Assembly (NCBI GenBank): GCA_905178155.1 | Contig: CAJINV010000004.1 | Span: forward strand, 5,930,828-5,994,827 | Origin: Amoebophrya sp. A120 | Taxonomy: Eukaryota > Protista > Dinoflagellata | Direction: 5' to 3' | Length of the DNA stretch: 64,000 nucleotides | In this document: positions 24,863 through 36,700 of the stretch, piece after piece | Layout: each line of letters starts with the position of its first letter | How positions within the stretch are numbered: the stretch's first letter is position 1 | Translations under genes and position numbers: made by a program | Notes under the pieces: generated by a model | Told to the model about the DNA's origin: nothing | What the model saw: the letters and a program-made list of their open reading frames with translations, nothing else | The model's database searches: none

Positions 24863-27800
24863 TCAGCGCGCCGCAATGCCCGTCGTCGCCAAAATGTCGG
24901 CGTTGGCAGAGAACTGGCCCATGATGGCCTTGATTGCGTTTATGGAAGCGTCAGGATCGAAATCGTCAAAGTTGAAAATAAAATAGTTTGTCATGCATAA
25001 AATGCAATGCAGAAACTGCCTCTATTGCAGAGGACGCAAGGGAGGCAGATTGTGGTGCTGGTGGTAATGGTCGGGCATTGGGCTGCTGATTAGCATCACA
25101 GAGGGGAGCCCCTTCGCCCTAAAGAAACAGCATGACAAAGAACAGGCCTCCTGTAGGGACAAAATTTGTCATGCACCGACTAGAAACTGTGGGTCCAATT
25201 GGTATCGATTTTATGCATTACAAGTTGTTATTGTTTCAACTTTGTCGATTTCATCAATCCTGACACTCCCATAGCGTTGTCGATCATGGTGTACTGCACC
25301 TTGTTGTCCATGCAGAAGAGCTATGAACTGCAAAAGCATCATACTAGTAGAAATCGCATTACAAATATTTCCTCAGCATTACAAATGGAATTTGTAATGC
25401 TGATTTGCCTTGAGAAAAAGATTTGTAATGCATAAATGCAATTTACTACGAGTACGTTACTTTTGCACGGGATAAGAGCTCCTTCTTCAGCTTCGTCCGA
25501 TCCGGCCCAAACGCGATCGTGGAGAGGAGATCCAGCGCCACCTGCAGGTTTGCCGGGACCACCGCAGGATCGCTCGGGTTTTTGGTCTGGTCCCCATATC
25601 CTGCGTAAAAACCTACTCTCCACGACTTGACAATTGTGACACAAATCGGCAGACGTCGACTCAGGGTGTTTCTCTTAATTTTACAGCCCTAAGAGCACAA
25701 GAAAAGTTATTTTCCAACACTCGTGCTTTGGAATTTGTTATGCTCGAATCAGCACGAGACAGCCGATTTGTGTTGACGCAGCTTCAGAACCACGGCTAGT
25801 ACACCGCGTTTCTCACAAACCTTCTGCTTCTGGATTATTTGTCGTGCTGAGTTCCGCTCTTGACTATCTGTGGAGTGCAAGTGATGTGTGTAGTCCTTTT
25901 ACTCAGGATACCGAAGCTTGGGTCCCCTGGCAGCTGTTCAGCGTCTCTTCCACTGTGATGGTGGTGGGGTCGACCGTCAGGTATGCATCGCAAAATAAGA
26001 ATCGTACGAGTATCACTTGCACGACAAATAAAATTATTTGCAACGCTGATTTCGATTTGCTTTAGGAAGACCTGTCACAATGCAAGACTGGTGCACTTTT
26101 TATGTTCGGGTACGATAATTCTCGTTTTGCACAGGATAGCACGCCCGTGATGTTTGTCGCTGCGGTAATATGGAATGAAAATATAGTACCTCCGCCGCAA
26201 ACTATCACAAATTCGTGTTGGGGGACTCATTGAATGTACTGCGTGACAAGTAATTTGGTTGTAAGAACATCAACGTCGCGCGTTCTCAACATCATGCGGC
26301 AACTTGGCTTGTAAGTTGCGCAACTTCTTCAACACAGTAGAGATCAATCACGCACGGACGTTCTGATCGATGCAGATAAGTGATTTTTTTCATTTTCGCT
26401 TTCGGGCAGGGGCATCATAATTTTTACATCGCGTATGTAGCCACAACTTGTTTTATGATGTCTGGGTTGGCCACGACGGTGGTCATCACGGATTCCTGCG
26501 TGCTGAAGGCGGTAATGTCGATGGTTGCGGCCCCTCCGGCACTCTGTTTTTTGTCCGTCTTCTTGTTGTGTTTCTTGTCGCTGGCATGCTTCTGGACTTC
26601 CGTTTCCTCGGCGTTCAGCAGCATCATGACTAACGTAGTCGTGGCGGTGATCGTGGTGGCGTCGAACGTACCCGTAACGCGAATCTGAGCGGCAGCGTCG
26701 ACTTGCTGTGCCTGCGTAGCTATGCGTTGCAAAAGTATCGCACTGGTGGTAATACTTAGAAGTAATTGCATTTGCATCTAGAGATACAGTTATCTTCAGG
26801 TTGAAATTATAGTGCTGAATATTTACCGTTCGAAAGAGATTTGTCTTGATACATGGTAACGCCTGCAATCAGTACGAGTACGATACTTTTGCACAGGATA
26901 TTGGTCAGCTCGGTCTGCATCCCGGTACAGAAGGCGCTGAGATCGGCGTCGGTGGCCGTGTCTCCGAGCGAAAGCTTCACCTCCGCAGTGGAGCCCCCCA
27001 TCTGCGCGCAACAGGTGTTCAGGTCATCATCGTCAGTTGTGTACGAAGTGTGGACGTAGGTTCCGAGGTCGCTGCTGGTCTTCCCCAGCATGGTCGTCAC
27101 GCGCCTTCTATCCTTTGCAAAAAAATAACGAGCATCGCACCCGTAACCGTGGTTATAAGTTTCTATTGCAGAACAGCTACAATAACAATCACGCTGAATG
27201 AGCATGACAGGAACCGGTCAGCTCGCCTCTCAAAATCAGGAATAGGATTCATAGCTGAATCAGCATCGCACATGTATCCATTTCTGCTTTTGGGCGAGTT
27301 TGTAGTCATGCGCGGCTGGTGTAGATTATGTACGGTAAGGACGATGCTCTTCTTGCCATGCATACTGATAGAGAAAGCACTTTTCGCCCTTGCAGGTACT
27401 CGCCTCGGCTGCCTGCGACATCGCGTAGGTGCTGTCGATCATGGCGCAGGGGTCGGTAACTGCGTTACCCGTTGCCGACGCCCAGTTTTCCCACTCCGTC
27501 TTGGCATCCAAGCACGTCTGCTTGTTCTGCACGCACGTGCTGCGGTCGTCTGCCAGGGTGCAGTCGGATCCCCCGAACGTACAGGTTCCGTCCATTACTA
27601 CGTCCACTGTGTTAGGGTCGTTGATTGCGGTTTGGGCGTTCACGAGGGAGTACACGAGAGTCTCGGTGGCCTTGGTGTCGTTGAAGACTGCGACGCCACT
27701 CGTGCGGCAAAGTTGCGGTGTCACGCAGCACACGGCGGCGTCCAGGGCGGTGCACACGTTGGGACTCGTTCCGGGCTGCTGGGTCGTTCCGTAGGCCGAG

Positions 27801-30800
27801 GCGCACGGGATATTGGCCGCGTTAGCTTTATGCAATGCAAAAACATCACAGTTCGTACAATTTTCTTGATCAATTTGCTCAAGAGGAAAATTGGAATTTG
27901 TCAATCAGATGATCCAAGTAGGACGCCGGATATTTCATGGTGCATGATTACAATTAGTACGAGTCTTTTGCAATGGATAAGCGGAAAACACCTTGCTCAC
28001 CAGCCCGCCGGTACTGAGGCCGGCACAAACGGCGGTCGGAGTAGTGGAATTACATGAGGCGCGGTTGTCGGTGATGACCTCGACGTCAAATAGCAGGCCG
28101 TCGCCATTTATCCCCGGCAAAAGTATAGTACTCGTTGTCGTTTCTACAAATCATATAGATTGCACTCATATAGTACTCCCAACCCCAAGCCAACCCGAAG
28201 CAAGCTCCAATCAACATGACAACTCTCACTTTTCCTCTTGCCAAAATTAGTGACGGAATTTACAGTAGTACGATACTTTTGCAATGCATACCACTCGGAT
28301 CCAACATTTCGATGGTTTTGGCACTGATGTACATAGGTTGTGTTGCAACAGATTGCAAAGGGTGAGTCGCGCCGGTGTATTCGAGCTCGTACGCATTTCC
28401 ACTCGCGTCCGTCAATTTCTGTGATGAAAAATAAAAATGATTACCAATCCGTCTTGAAACCAATGATTTTGATCATGTGGAGATAAATCAATGATCTTGC
28501 ATGGACAAGAAAAATAAATGGAAGATAGTACATAAAGATAGTACATTTGCAAATTTTCAATTTCATCCACGGTCGAAATAAATGCTCATGTTCGTCATAG
28601 AATATTCATCCAAATGAAAATCAAATAAAAAATGTACAAATTTGTCCCCCATTCCCTCAGTGTAGATGTTGCCCAGGGTGTAAATTGACGAAAACGGATT
28701 CACGTAGTAGGTTCCGTACGTAGCATTATAGGTTCTGTTTCATGCATCGCAAAGTTGTCGTAAGTGTGATAACCAATAATATTCAATATCATCTCTGATC
28801 AGCAAAAAATCGTATCTTTTTTTTAAGTACTTACAACTCGTGTCTACAGCATCCATGATCACATCAAAAAAAAGTCGCGAGCACGGATAATTGAAAGCTA
28901 GCCAACTGCCCGCGTTCGTATTTGCAAACGCAGTGGTTATCACACAGACGGGCTTTCGTCTTTTCCACAGCATATGGACCAAAGCGGCGAAGGAACGCTT
29001 GCGTCAGTGGATGGATCCCTCATTTTGGTCAAGCTCGCCTCGATCACAACCGTTTTACCATAGGAAAAAGTGTACCCATTCCCAAGAAACGAACGCATAT
29101 CATACCAACATAGTGTACGTTTGCATCCGTGTGGTGCGTGCACGATAGACGACAAGGACAGCAGCACTTATTTCTCTGTATTTTCGTGTGATGAAGATGT
29201 TGGGTTTGGGACGAGATGAAGGAAAACAAACTGGCAAGTGACGGTTCTTACGTGAAGCTGTTCGACGGAGAAGTAGTGCGTGCTGGTTAAAGACCGCAAG
29301 CAAACAATGCGAAGCGGAAAGAGTCGACGTTTGTCTTAACGCTGAAGAAGCAAAGCACTATGTATGTGTGTAGTTTGCTTGTCATGGTTGGTACACTGTT
29401 CCACATGGTAACGCTCCGCGGCCCCTCCCCCAACGTCTTGGGGGCTCGCAATATCGGTTTTTGTGATGTCCATCTTGGCACTCCTTGGGAGTTCTGTGGT
29501 GTCGTTTGTGCTTCTGCTTGCAGTTCATTTTTGATCTGAAGAGTAGGACAGCACGCGGGATCATGTTCATACGAGACTTCATTTCATAATCTTCATTGTA
29601 CTTAATGTATGCGAGTATGATGCATGACCATGACAGGAAAAGAGCACTCATTTCACGTTTAAATCATGATGACCTGTTCCTGTACTTCTAACGGTGAATT
29701 ACTGTCGTGACAAATAAAGCAAAACCCGCCGCCCGACATCAAGAAAGGAAGTACTCATCACACGAATCTCGACCCCGCAAATAGCCAAGCCGGTGCCCTC
29801 CGCGCCTTCCACCGTGATGGCTTTGACCAACTTTGGGGTGTCTCCGCTCTTGAGCTTGTAGACGTCCGACAGACTCTTGGCAGTGGTGTCGTCGCTGGCC
29901 GTCGGAAACACATTGACCATCACTTGCGGTGGCACTTTATTTGCATCTGCGCTACTGGTAGAGAGGGTGGCAATGTCTTCTGTCGTGTCGTCTACTAGCA
30001 ATAGTCGCACCGTCGCACCTGTATGTTCGGAGATGTGGCACGATAGCGGTGCAGCTGCAGCGTTTGAATAATGAAAGAAGACGAGATCAGCTTTCTGAGC
30101 TGAGAAACTACAGTATACACAGGCATCGTTCTACTGTCTGCAGCCAAATCATCTTCGCGATCACATACACATTCATGAGGTTAGTATAGTCTTAGTAAGT
30201 GCTTTACCAAATATAGCCGCCGAGGCGGGGGTAGTGAGGGCGCGCGGGGTTTTTTTGCCTGGACGACGCCGGTCCTTTAGAGGAGAAACACTTCCTCGCA
30301 CGCTATGGCCCCAAAAGGGCCTCCGCCAGGGTCGGCCCTGTGGCCCCCCCAAATCGGGCCCATACCCATAGCATGCGGGCTGGCTTGCTGCTTTTGGCGG
30401 GATTCGCGTCCATTGGGTTTTTATGTTGAAAAACCGCGCCCCTGCCGCCTACTGAGTCGCAACGCTTTCCCGCATGCTATAGCCACCCCAGGGCCTCCAC
30501 CAAGCCCGGCCCCATGGGCCCCCAGAATCGGGCTCATAGCATGCGGATTGGCTTTAAGATTTTGGCGGGCCTTCCGCTTTTTGTTTTTTTTTGTTGAAGA
30601 GTCGCACTTTTTGGATTGCTCCCCGCATTACAAATGCCCGATTTTGGTGGCCGTCTTTGCGACCTCGAAAAGTGGCCAAAAATGGTCCCCATAGCATGCG
30701 GATTCGAAGCTTTGGGTTTGGCCGTCTTCGCATTTTTCCGGCGTCCCTCTTTGGGCGCCCCAAATCGACGGAAATAGGTGCGCCGGACGCCTCAGAAGGG

Positions 30801-33173
30801 CGCCCCTTTTGCCGGCTCCCCTGCGTCGTTTTATCCCGCGGGAATCGATAGAATCCGCCCGGGCTATTTTGCCGCAAACGCCCCGGCCGCTTGATAATTG
30901 AAAATCTTTTTTGTCAAAAAACACTCTCGCCCGCTTGAAAACTGCCGGTCGTTTTGCTGTCTGGGTGGCAAAAAAACTCCCCGGTTAGAACCGTTCGGTG
31001 ACCTCACTACATATAATTACATATCTCGATATCTGATGCGCTCTCGCTCAAACCGCTACATACAACGTTCTAGTCATGTAGTTGTATGATGACGAAACAA
31101 AAAGAAAAAGGCCCACCAGCAGCTCTCGCGGCGGTGCCGTGTGCTTGTACTGAACTACATCAACAATACCATCGAGTGTGGCGACCTCCGTGGCATCAGC
31201 TTCGAGAAATTTGCAGGCATACATTCGGATCATCTTCAGTCGCAGAGGTCCAGCTCTAAAAGTGGCGGTCCATGTCGGTTTCACACCAGGCTGGCTTGTC
31301 GTTGCGGCTCCAACCCGTGCTGCCGCAGCAAACGGCCACCTGAATTTTTCAATGCATCGCTGTGTTAGTTGTATTTACCAGTCAGTGTCTCGAATGCTCG
31401 TTCAATGCTAGTGATGTTCTATTCCTCGGCGCAATTGATTCAACGACAATACACTTTGTCTGCGGTACTACCATGATGATGATTAACTCTGCTAGATAAA
31501 AACGTCATTACAAATAAACTTATATCGCAACACTTTTCTTCGCGGCCGGGGGTTCCACCACTTGCGCCGATCGGGTCGAACGTGTTCACCAGGGTGGAGT
31601 CAGCTATGGCTTGTGGTCTCTGTGCGGACGACATAGTGGCAACGAACCCACGCACAAAAACGCACACTTGGGGCTTTCTGCACTGGTTGGCATCAGTCAG
31701 GATAGTCGATGTTCGAAGCGCGTCGTTGGACACTGCTGTATTTTCCCCGTTCTGTTCCTGGATGAACATGGGGTTGAGCGCGTCGAAGTTGTCACCCTGG
31801 TTGTTGGCGCGGATCGTGTTCATAGTAGCCGTGACCATGTGGGGTGCCATTATGAAGTCCTCCGAGGCCTCCGCTGTGTGAGTGTGTAGCCCAGGATTTT
31901 TATATAACAAGCACACACAAATTATACGCACGTGAGAGAACATACTACACGACCTCGTATGTTATGACTTGAACGTACCTTTTTCCCTTTCGCGAAACCA
32001 GAATCACAATCATCAAAAAGAAAAACACAATAGGAAGAGTGCAAGTAGTACTTGGAAGAGCGTAATCGTTGCTGTACTGGGCGTCCTGGTACACGAAACC
32101 CAACACCCTCTTGTAGTTTTTGTCCGCAGGATAACCAAGATTCGTCCAAGGGTGGTTATAGTCCAGGCCGCCCATTTGAAACCCGCTGTCTTTCGTCCGC
32201 CTTGCCGCGACCGCCTTCAGCTCTGCCTTTCCGCCCGCCTTTTTCTTCGTTTTTTGCGCATGATCTGCCTTCGCCTCCTCGTGGGTCTTTTTCCCTGCTG
32301 TCGTTGCCGATTTCGTCGATGTCAGGGCGGTTTTCGAATCTCCTTCCTCCTCAGCGTCGTCTCCTTCGTCGACAACATGGTTCTTTGTGCCGCTTTCCTG
32401 CTTGTTGTCCTCGCTGGAGAGCTCCAAGTGCATTGTAGTTTTCGACTTCACGAGTTTCTCGGCCTTGCTCTTCGCCTCCAGTGCTGATGTTGATACTGCG
32501 GGCGTATCCTGTGCAAAAGTATCGCACTTGTAGCACTTGCACTAGCAAGTGCACTTATGCATGACAATCTCTCAGACTAAAACTAAGTAAATGAAAATCA
32601 GCACCACAAGCACAAATTGCACATTGGATTTTCATTTTTCATGCTGAGCAAATAAAATTTCGAAATGCACTTACCAGCCCGCACTAGTTGTAGTACGATA
32701 CTTTTGCGATCCATAGGATGTAGCTGTGCTTTTCTTGACGGTGTTTTTTACTTTCGCGGTACTAGAGGACGAAGATGGAGCGGACCTGCCAGACCTAGTA
32801 GCTGCACCTGTCGCGGCCGAGACGATATCAAATGCAAAAGTGTCTGGGTCTGCAAGGGTGTAGACTTGTCATGCAGATTTTCCATGACCCATGTGGTCTG
32901 GAATGCGGGACTTAGCATGACAGACTCTGCGAGGTCTCTGCCATGCCTATTCTGCATGAGAGACTTCGTTCCAACTTGGTCAAAAGTGGACAGCTTTTGG
33001 CACTCATGCAACACAGATTTTTGCATGCTCCTTCAGATTTACCATGACAAGTTGCAATCTTCCAGACCCAGACATTTTTGCAATTCATATACGAAACTAG
33101 TTTCGCCGCTGTTGCCGGACGATGTCGTGAGAAGCGCAATTAATGCGCTTCTCCGCACGGGTATCCTCGTCAT
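24863..33173 (-). CDS. Multi-exon Cys/Thr-rich protein, probably secreted or surface-exposed; function unknown
   Basis: ATG at 33173 with a weakly hydrophobic leader (MTRIPVRRSALIALLTT); exons at both ends join in frame over 10 introners; Cys-rich exon 27365-27828; stop TGA at 24863 (…ILATTGIAAR*). The middle (28.4-31.9 kb) has long introns whose junctions I did not verify, so this may be two genes. Confidence 0.6.
24941..25273. mobile_element. Introner, family B
   Basis: tatggaagcgtcagga/tcctgacactcccata; TSD gcgtt; frame restored. Confidence 0.9.
25322..25474. mobile_element. Introner, family A
   Basis: TSD agagc; frame restored (KKEL|FCMD). Confidence 0.92.
25597..25910. mobile_element. 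Degenerate introner, family F-like
   Basis: tatcctgcgtaaaa/ttttactcaggata; TSD decayed (cccca/ccgaa); frame restored. Confidence 0.75.
25982..26138. mobile_element. Degenerate family A-like introner
   Basis: tatgcatcgcaaaa/ttttgcacaggata; TSD decayed (tcagg/gcacg). Confidence 0.7.
26721..26900. mobile_element. Family A introner, TSD lost
   Basis: tatgcgttgcaaaagtatcg/cgatacttttgcacaggata; removing element+5 nt restores the frame (ELTK|QAQQV). Confidence 0.78.
27109..27364. mobile_element. Degenerate introner, now bounded by GT...AG
   Basis: - strand reads g|tatgc...ggata|g; TSD unrecognisable; frame restored (LYQ|RRVTT). Confidence 0.7.
27829..27979. mobile_element. Degenerate family A introner
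   Basis: tatgcaatgcaaaa/ttttgcaatggata; TSD agctt/agcgg. Confidence 0.75.
28109..28290. mobile_element. Family A-like introner
   Basis: gcaaaagtatagtact/agtacgatacttttgc; TSD ccatt/ccact. Confidence 0.8.
30245..30983. repeat. GC-rich repeat-like insertion with short inverted ends, inside a long intron
   Basis: cggggtttttttgcc (30245) vs ggcaaaaaaactccccg (~30967-30983); internal repeats of catagcatgcgg. Confidence 0.45.
32505..32715. mobile_element. Introner, family A (reverse orientation)
   Basis: tatcctgtgcaaaagtatcg/cgatacttttgcgatccata; TSD gggcg/ggatg; frame restored. Confidence 0.82.
32826..33089. mobile_element. Introner, family G
   Basis: tatcaaatgcaaaagtgtctgggtctg/cagacccagacatttttgcaattcata; TSD gacga/tacga; frame restored. 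Confidence 0.88.
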
Positions 33174-33718
33174 GTTTGTACGTTTATGTCCACAAGAATC
33201 GGTCTTGTCACTCTACCGCGTTACTTACTCACACAAGTAGGTCGTTTGACCAGGGTTTGCGAGTTCTTGATCACATCAAGCATCATGTAGCAATGTTGTC
33301 ATGTTGATCTTTGATGCCTCTCACTTTATTCTCTCCGTCTTCATACAAGTAGCACTCGTTCTCTACTGTGAAGCTGTCAGTTTGGCTTCATTTTATTCCA
33401 CACCTTCGCTCAATAGGAGGCAAAAACTCATCTCCAATGGAAGGAGTAACAGTGAGCATCAAGACGAACAACGCGGAAAAAATTATAGAGAAAAGCACGG
33501 GCCATGACCTCGTGGTCCTTGCAAGACCGAACCCACCGGAAGATCTACCGCTGCGGGGTGGTAGTCACGGACAAAGCGTCCACTATTTTACTGTGTCTGA
33601 AACCGAAACGCATGTAGTACAAATACGCGGCTCGATTTTTTTACCTTCATCACGCAAGCCTATTGTCGAATAGTGAAACAAGTTCGTCTAGACCAAGATC
33701 TTCTAGTAGTGCAACATC

Positions 33719-36700
33719 TTAACTTGCTCCACCACCCCCGAACTGCTGCTGCAGCTGCTTGCATTGGAGCAGGTGTGAAGTGACGCTGTCCACGAAAGCG
33801 GGATTGGGCTGGTTGTTGTCCGCGCTGTTCGCGGCAAGAATCCGCTGCACCAAGTTTGTGAACAGGGCCGTGTGCTTCGCCTTCTCCTCCTCGGTGTGCC
33901 GCAGCAGCGTCTGGATTTTCTTCGCGCTCACCTGCTTGTTTGCCTTCACCCGTTTCTCGTACTCGTGCGCCAACTGCAGCAGAGACTCGCGTATCAAATG
34001 CAAAAGTGTCTGGGTCTGGAACAAGAGGAAGGCTGTCATGCTTGTCTGGCATAACTCGAGAATCTGTGTTGTATAGGCACGAAAAGGCCGTCCTACCTGT
34101 CATGCAAAAGCGCAGCTTTCCATGCGGAATACGTAAGACATGGGAGCCAAAAAAATTGCCATGCGTAGCTGCGTATTGCAGTGCGTCTACCATTCACTTT
34201 TAGCATTACAAGTTTCCAGACCCAGACATTTTTGCAATCCATATCGCTCTGCAACAGCGACGCGTTCAGCACCCGATGGTCCGTCTGGGTTATGGAAGCG
34301 TCAGGATCGAAATCGTCAAAGTTGAAATCATGATTTGTCATGCATAAGATGCACCTAGAAAACCAAAGCCTGTCTTGCAGAGTGGGCAAGCGAGGCAGAT
34401 TGTAAGCCCATTGAGGGGTAGAAACTGAGCTGCTTAACTAGCATGACAAAAGGCGTCTTCCTTATCCAAACAGCATGACAAACTGGATTTCGGCCATACC
34501 CAAATTTGTCATGCGCCACTTGGAAGCTGGGTTACAACTGGCATCCGTTTTATACATCACAAATTATTTCAACTCTGACGATTTCAATCCTGGCACTGCC
34601 ATATGGGTGGCCGTAGACGTAGTCGTGGTCGCCCTGGTGCGTGGCAACCTTTGCAGTTGCTGTCCCTGATAAAAATTTCCTCCTCCTGTCCGGGGGGAAG
34701 AATTGGAAGAAGTTGGTGATAGCTGCACAGAAGTGGATGTACGAACCCCGCCCCGGCCGGTCTCGTGTTTGATGGTTTGGCTGAGGTTGTTCGCTGGACT
34801 AGAAGTGCCGCGGTGATTATGGTTTTGGTTGTAGTACAGCCCGGAACTTATCATGTCTTGCTCTGCGCCCCCCATCCCGCGGCCTGTTCGCATGATGATG
34901 CGGGTGGTCCGGGCCTGCATGATGTTCGCCCGCTGCGCCTCAATGTCCATGTTCGCGGGGCCCAGGTTCCAGAGAACCTTCTTCAGCACGCGGTTTTCGA
35001 GTATCAACTTGTTCAGCTTGCTCGCCTCCGCGTCCTCCTCCGCTTCACCGGTTGACTTGTTGTTCCCGTCCTGATATGCATTGCAAAAGTAGCGCACTAG
35101 ATAGTAGTACGACGGATGGCATCGCATATCACGACAGCAAGACCAAAATGATTGAAACTTGTAATGCCGGAAGAAGTAGAAAAAAGAATATTTGTATTGC
35201 TGCATTGCAATTCAAATTCATACGAGTGCGCCGATACTTTTGCGGACGATACCTTATCATCGAGGGTTTTGCTTGTGGAGTTTTCTGTCTCCATTTTCTT
35301 TTCCATTTCGTACAAGTCGATGCTCTCCAGCATCTTATGGATGTGTCAGAGTTGAAATCGACAAAGTTGAAAATGAAATAACTTGTAATGCATAAAATCG
35401 ATACCAGTTGAAGCAAAGCTTCCAAGTCGCGCATGACAAATTTGGGTAGAACCTAAATCCAGTTTGTAATTCTGTTTGGGTAAGGAAGACGCCTTCTGTG
35501 ATGCTACTTTAGCAGCTCTGTTTCTCTCCCGAAACAGGCACACAATCTGCCTCCCTTGCCTACTCTGCAAGACAGGCACTTTCTGCGTTGCATTTTATGC
35601 ATGCCAAACTATTTCAACTTTGACGATTTCAATCCTGACAGGTCCATACATCTTGCCGTCAAAGTACTGCTTGATGGCCATTAATAAGAACGTGCGGTCC
35701 GACGTCAAATCGGAGATCTGCTCGTACAAATCGGGCAACAGATTCGCGCCGAGCTCCAGATTCAGCGTCTCCAGCTTGTCGCACTCGTTGTAGCAGAGCT
35801 CATACTGCTCGCGGAAGTCGAGCAGCTCTTCGTGTTCCAGCTCGTGGGAGGTCTTCAAGGAGTGCAGCAGCGTGTTCTTCCGGTTTACCAGTGTGCGGTG
35901 GAACAGATTTGCCGTCTCGTTCATCGTGCAGTCGTATGCAATACAAATTTCTCGCTCATGTACAAAATGCACGATCACAACTTCTTTCACCAACTTAGAG
36001 GAAACAACTTGTCATGCTGAAGAGGTTTGACGGAAAACGAAAAGCAAAAGTTTGTCATGCGGAAGCCACATTTGTACGTGTACGGGAAATTCGCGTGCGG
36101 ATAAGTCGATCAACTTTTTCACTTCCGCCTTAAACTTCTGCACTACGGCCTTCTTGTCCTTTTCCAGCTGAATTCTCTCCTTTTTCTTGCCGTCCGGGGT
36201 GATATTCTCGTCGTCCGGGTCCTCCTCGTCCTCCTCGTCGCCGGACCCTAGTTCATCGTTGCCTGCGTCTTTGCTCTTCTTCTTCTTTTCTTTTGTCACA
36301 CCGTCAGCGGTTGGTGAAGGTGATCCGTCTTGAGCTTGTTCCGTTTCATCCTCATCGCCACTTCCGGATGTTGGCTTTTTGTTTTTTTGCTGCACGACAT
36401 CATCTTCATTTGAGTCGTCGTCTTCTCCCTTGATGTCCTCGCGTTCCTCATCGTCTGCGTTAACATCGCCAGGACCGTCATCAGGGTCGCCTTCGTTCTG
36501 ATGCGCCGACGAGGAGTCATCCGGCTCCGGGGCGTTGTGGTGGCCTTCAAAGAGAAAAATTTCGTTGTTGTTCGTATCGCCGTCTTCTGGTGCTGCCGCG
36601 GATGCCCTCTGCTCCTGATTTCCTTGAAAATCCTGTTCGCCAGCACCGAGGAACAACAACTGAGAATCGCCGTGCAGAAGTTCCTGTGGTGAGGCAATCT

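Noticed and set aside
33230-33700. Extra exons or a small gene between the Cys-rich and coiled-coil genes
   Set aside because: Only short coding-like stretches with stops; I could not build a consistent model.
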